Part shown: piece after piece, positions 60,623 through 64,000 of the stretch
How positions within the stretch are numbered: the first letter of the stretch is position 1
Layout: each line of letters starts with the position of its first letter
Source: Guillardia theta CCMP2712
Taxonomy: Eukaryota > Protista > Cryptophyta
Assembly: GCF_000315625.1 (NCBI RefSeq)
Contig: NW_005434569.1
Coordinates: 169,816 to 233,815 of the forward strand
DNA length: 64,000 nucleotides
Direction: 5' to 3'
Notes under the pieces: generated by a model
Seen by the model: only the letters and a program-made list of their open reading frames with translations
What the model was told of the DNA's origin: nothing
The model's database searches: none
Made by a program: the position numbers and the translations under genes

Positions 60623-61888
60623 TCAGTTACATTCATCAATGTAAGCTATTTCATCCCTGAGAAACAAGCCAATTTGTGCTGCAACTGCCCCAAATCCTGA
60701 TGGAGATAGTATCACAGCATCACTCAGAGCTAACAACATCGTATCAACCCATGAACCTAGGCTCCCAGACACGGAATTGGACCTTCCTCTATCTGTGTGG
60801 TATGGAGGGTACTTCGAGACGTAGGACATGTTTGGAAACTGTGATTGGAATAGTTGTTTCAGAGCATTACTGTCTGATACGAGGACAGTAACGAACTGTT
60901 GAAATTTCAACTTGCGTGCCAAGTAAGACGCACATACCATGACACGGCGTCCTATGTCTGCCAAGGTACCTTTCACCCGATGATCACTTCCAACACCCAT
61001 TGCAATGTCTCCTATCCGAATATGACATGCGATAATCGACCTTGATTGCTTTAGGGTGTTGAGTGAACGAACTTCACCCAAGACTGCGTTCGTGAGTTCA
61101 TCATTGAGAGAAAACAGGTGCCAGAAAGTACATCCAACCATATGATAAGTTCCTCCATAGACATGATAGCCGTTAGTTATTGGAGCAGATGAATCTTCAA
61201 AGTACAGAGCACTAGTCAGGTTGGTTTCATTCGTTCCACAATCCATTTGTAGAGCATCCATGTTTGAGTACAAGCGAATGTTGTCAAATTGTTTCCAGTT
61301 GAGCCCCAAAGGCTTTCTACTATCCATTATGTGAACATCAGCTGCCCTCATCTGTGAACCCGGCTTAGCAAGCCATGATACACTTGGACGTTGTACGAAG
61401 AATCGACTGATGGGAACTGGGTGTGTCCAATCCAACAACAAATCGTATCCCATACAAAGAGAAAGATACATTGCATGAGCAAGCCCACGAAGTCTGTCAC
61501 CATTGCCTCCGCAAAACGATTTGCATGCCCAAATCAGATTCCGTCCATTGCTCCATCTGGACCTGTGCTTCTGGAATATATCATGCCACCGACGGAAATG
61601 GCATTTGTTTGAAATGTTTTGCATTCGAATTTTGACCGTTTGTGGTAGAATTCTCCACAATTGCATTGCCAAAATAGGTGATCCTCCGACCAAAGGTATT
61701 GCGCTCTGTGGAAACTTGACCACATTTTGCTTAATCGACACAGATAAGTTGTAATTGATCAAACAATCGTGCAGAGAGGTCAACTTCAAGTTATAGTCAG
61801 TGAAATTATACCGAGCATCTTTTAACCAAGGAAAGATAATAACGGAAATAGCAATCCATGCAACAAAGCAATGTTGAGACTGTCGCAT
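60623..61888 (-). CDS. Fucosyltransferase-like GT-B enzyme (GT23/NodZ/GT11 motifs), type II membrane protein
   Basis: GGNGDRLRG, ACHIRIGD (motif I), LVSDS (motif II), VDTMLLALSD...SGFG (motif III). Confidence 0.82.
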   Translation of the reverse strand: MRQSQHCFVAWIAISVIIFPWLKDARYNFTDYNLKLTSLHDCLINYNLSVSIKQNVVKFPQSAIPLVGGSPILAMQLWRILPQTVKIRMQNISNKCHFRRWHDIFQKHRSRWSNGRNLIWACKSFCGGNGDRLRGLAHAMYLSLCMGYDLLLDWTHPVPISRFFVQRPSVSWLAKPGSQMRAADVHIMDSRKPLGLNWKQFDNIRLYSNMDALQMDCGTNETNLTSALYFEDSSAPITNGYHVYGGTYHMVGCTFWHLFSLNDELTNAVLGEVRSLNTLKQSRSIIACHIRIGDIAMGVGSDHRVKGTLADIGRRVMVCASYLARKLKFQQFVTVLVSDSNALKQLFQSQFPNMSYVSKYPPYHTDRGRSNSVSGSLGSWVDTMLLALSDAVILSPSGFGAVAAQIGLFLRDEIAYIDECN

Positions 61889-64000
61889 AGTTCATCCAAT
61901 CATAGTTTTGTCTTGCCCCAGTGGGTATAGAAAAGCAGGGAAGAACAAACTGCGACGATTAATGAAATCTGGGTTGGATTCTACGATTGGGATGTTTTGA
62001 GATTTTCAAAAAGGTACAGGAGCAAAGGGGAAAAAAAACAAGGGCGACATTTAGGGGCAGGGTTGACAGCCTTTACTCAATTCTAACCCGCTCCCGGTAC
62101 CCCCCCCCGTACAGATCGGTACCGGGTGCCTTGCGGCCCGTCCGTTGCGACTTGTCCCACTTTCAAACCCGCCCCGCATGCCCCATGGCGGCGACGCCCG
62201 CCGCCTCCCCCCCCCACCGTGACAGCCGCCGGTTGCATCCCCTGCCCCATCCCGGCTGCCATGCTCCTCTCCCCCATGATGGACTCACCATGCAGTGTCT
62301 CACTCAAGGGTCGTCTTCAAGCGTGCGGTCTCTCTGAGTCACGGAGGCTTGACGGTTGCCTTCCCATGATCATCCCGGATCAGGCCCAACCTCGTGGCAG
62401 TGAGACACCGACGCTTCTGGACCATGCGATGCTTTTCGACGCTTTTCGACAACATCTACTTCGACTGACACATTGTAAACTATACTACTATGTATAAAGA
62501 GACACCCGGGAATCCTTCAGTGCCCCATATCATGCCACAACTTGATCCGTCTATGTCTTGATGTCAACATTCGGCATCAAACCTCTCACCCGCCTCCTCC
62601 CGCCACATGTGACGCATGGCCTGAGACGTGCGTCCCAGTCTTCCATCCCACCTGGGAGCGTTGTTCCCATTCACCGTGTCATTGGCTTGCCATCCTGGCA
62701 AGCATTGTCTCGGAAGTTGAACGGTCACCTACCATTCATAACATAGCGTTGTCGCTCTCAACTGACCCCTCTGGTTTCCAATAGTTTTCTGTGGGGGTAT
62801 CCTTCCACACATGTGAATAGCAAATGGCAGTTGGGGTCTGGGGTGGGTCAGACGGCTTGGAGCTGATTCAAATTGGTTGGGACCTGTTTAAGGGGGTAGG
62901 GTACTTCCTGGTAGCAAATAATTGTACCAACAGTACCAATTTTATGGTACATATTCGAGTACTGTTAGGAAAACTTGTACCAAAATAGTTTATGTGGTAC
63001 CTCCCCTGTTCAAACTATGATGCTTTGGACCCACCTGTTTCCCAGTGAAAGTCCCTTCTCCGATGGGGTCAAGTTTTGGACCCTACCCTGCCTCCGACCA
63101 ACATAGACCACCCTTGTAGATCAGAGGGAGCTCTCAAGCCTTGCCCCTTCCCTTCCCTGGTTGCATATCCAAGGTTAGCAAGTGAATGTTACGCAGACGT
63201 GACTCATCTGCAGCAGGAGAGCTCAGACCAGGACAAGCAGATTCAATCCCTGCAGAATCTGGTGTGAGCGCAGCAGTCTGAAAACATCTCTGTGATTGCA
63301 AACACATGTAAAGAGGGTTGATCATCATAGATTTTAGCAGCTTGAATAAGGAGTACTCCGCACGGACCGTCCGCTAGTGGCGCTGTACGATGGATGACAT
63401 TGACTCTCATGAGCAATAAGTAGGAAGTCATGAAGCATGTCACGGAGACAGCATGATCTATACTTATTTCATAGGAATCTGCTGCAAAGAGTCGGGCTTG
63501 AGGGCGGTCTGAGCAAGATGCAAGAGTATTGCCAAGGCATGTAAAGAGTTTCAAGGAATACCAGTGCATTCATCAAATGGCAGTGATGAGGTACCACATG
63601 AAGGCATGACTTGCAAATTGATTGCATGTCGTGTTCTATTTCATGACTTACAATCAAGACGCTTTGAGCGACAAAACGATACCCCTTATAGCATTGTAAA
63701 TCATATTTCATTTCCTTCACCTCGAGTCGAAGCAAGAAATTTTCAAGGTGCTGATATCTTTGTTGTGACTAGACTGACATGGTATCAGGAGCAATTAATT
63801 GATGTTGGATCCGATTGAATCATGCAGACGAAAATGGACATACCCTTTTGAATAAATCTTTCTTCTCGAGTCTCATACCAGAGCTTTCTTGCCTCTTTCT
63901 TTGTAACCTAACATGTACAAAGCATTGGCATTTTCTTACACAAAGTAAACTGAGCCTGACCAGCTTCTATTCGCTGCATTCTCGCCCTTCCATCATCCTG

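Noticed and set aside
59340-64000. Short ORFs outside the fucosyltransferase
   Set aside because: No recognisable domains or consistent exon structure could be supported.

Overview
The window has three parts. (1) 1-3087 is a GC-rich, palindrome-dense tandem array of about 9 copies of a 332-337 bp unit. (2) About 3088-45266 is a gene-dense, GC-rich, nearly intron-free block that looks like a large herpesvirus-related dsDNA virus (Duplodnaviria; best guess a mirusvirus). It encodes a large-terminase C-terminal half, an assemblin-type capsid maturation protease, a ~6400-aa Cys-rich membrane protein, a glycan-modification set (two GT8, an acyltransferase-3-like protein, a GT-A enzyme), two kinases and two PD-(D/E)XK nucleases. 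Many genes have TATA-like boxes and AATAAA signals. (3) From about 45267 the DNA is more AT-rich and looks like a protist or algal nuclear genome: ~50-80 nt GT-AG introns, RING and J-domain genes, glycosyltransferases, minisatellites and a possible inverted-repeat element. The best candidate for a new system is the terminase gene. It is split by a 1212-nt spliceosomal intron holding two complete antisense genes, as herpesvirus UL15 holds UL16/UL17. Its first visible exon has a branch point, an acceptor and an upstream TATA, but no 5' exon, which suggests long-range or trans-splicing. All assignments come from reading motifs by eye; no database searches were run.
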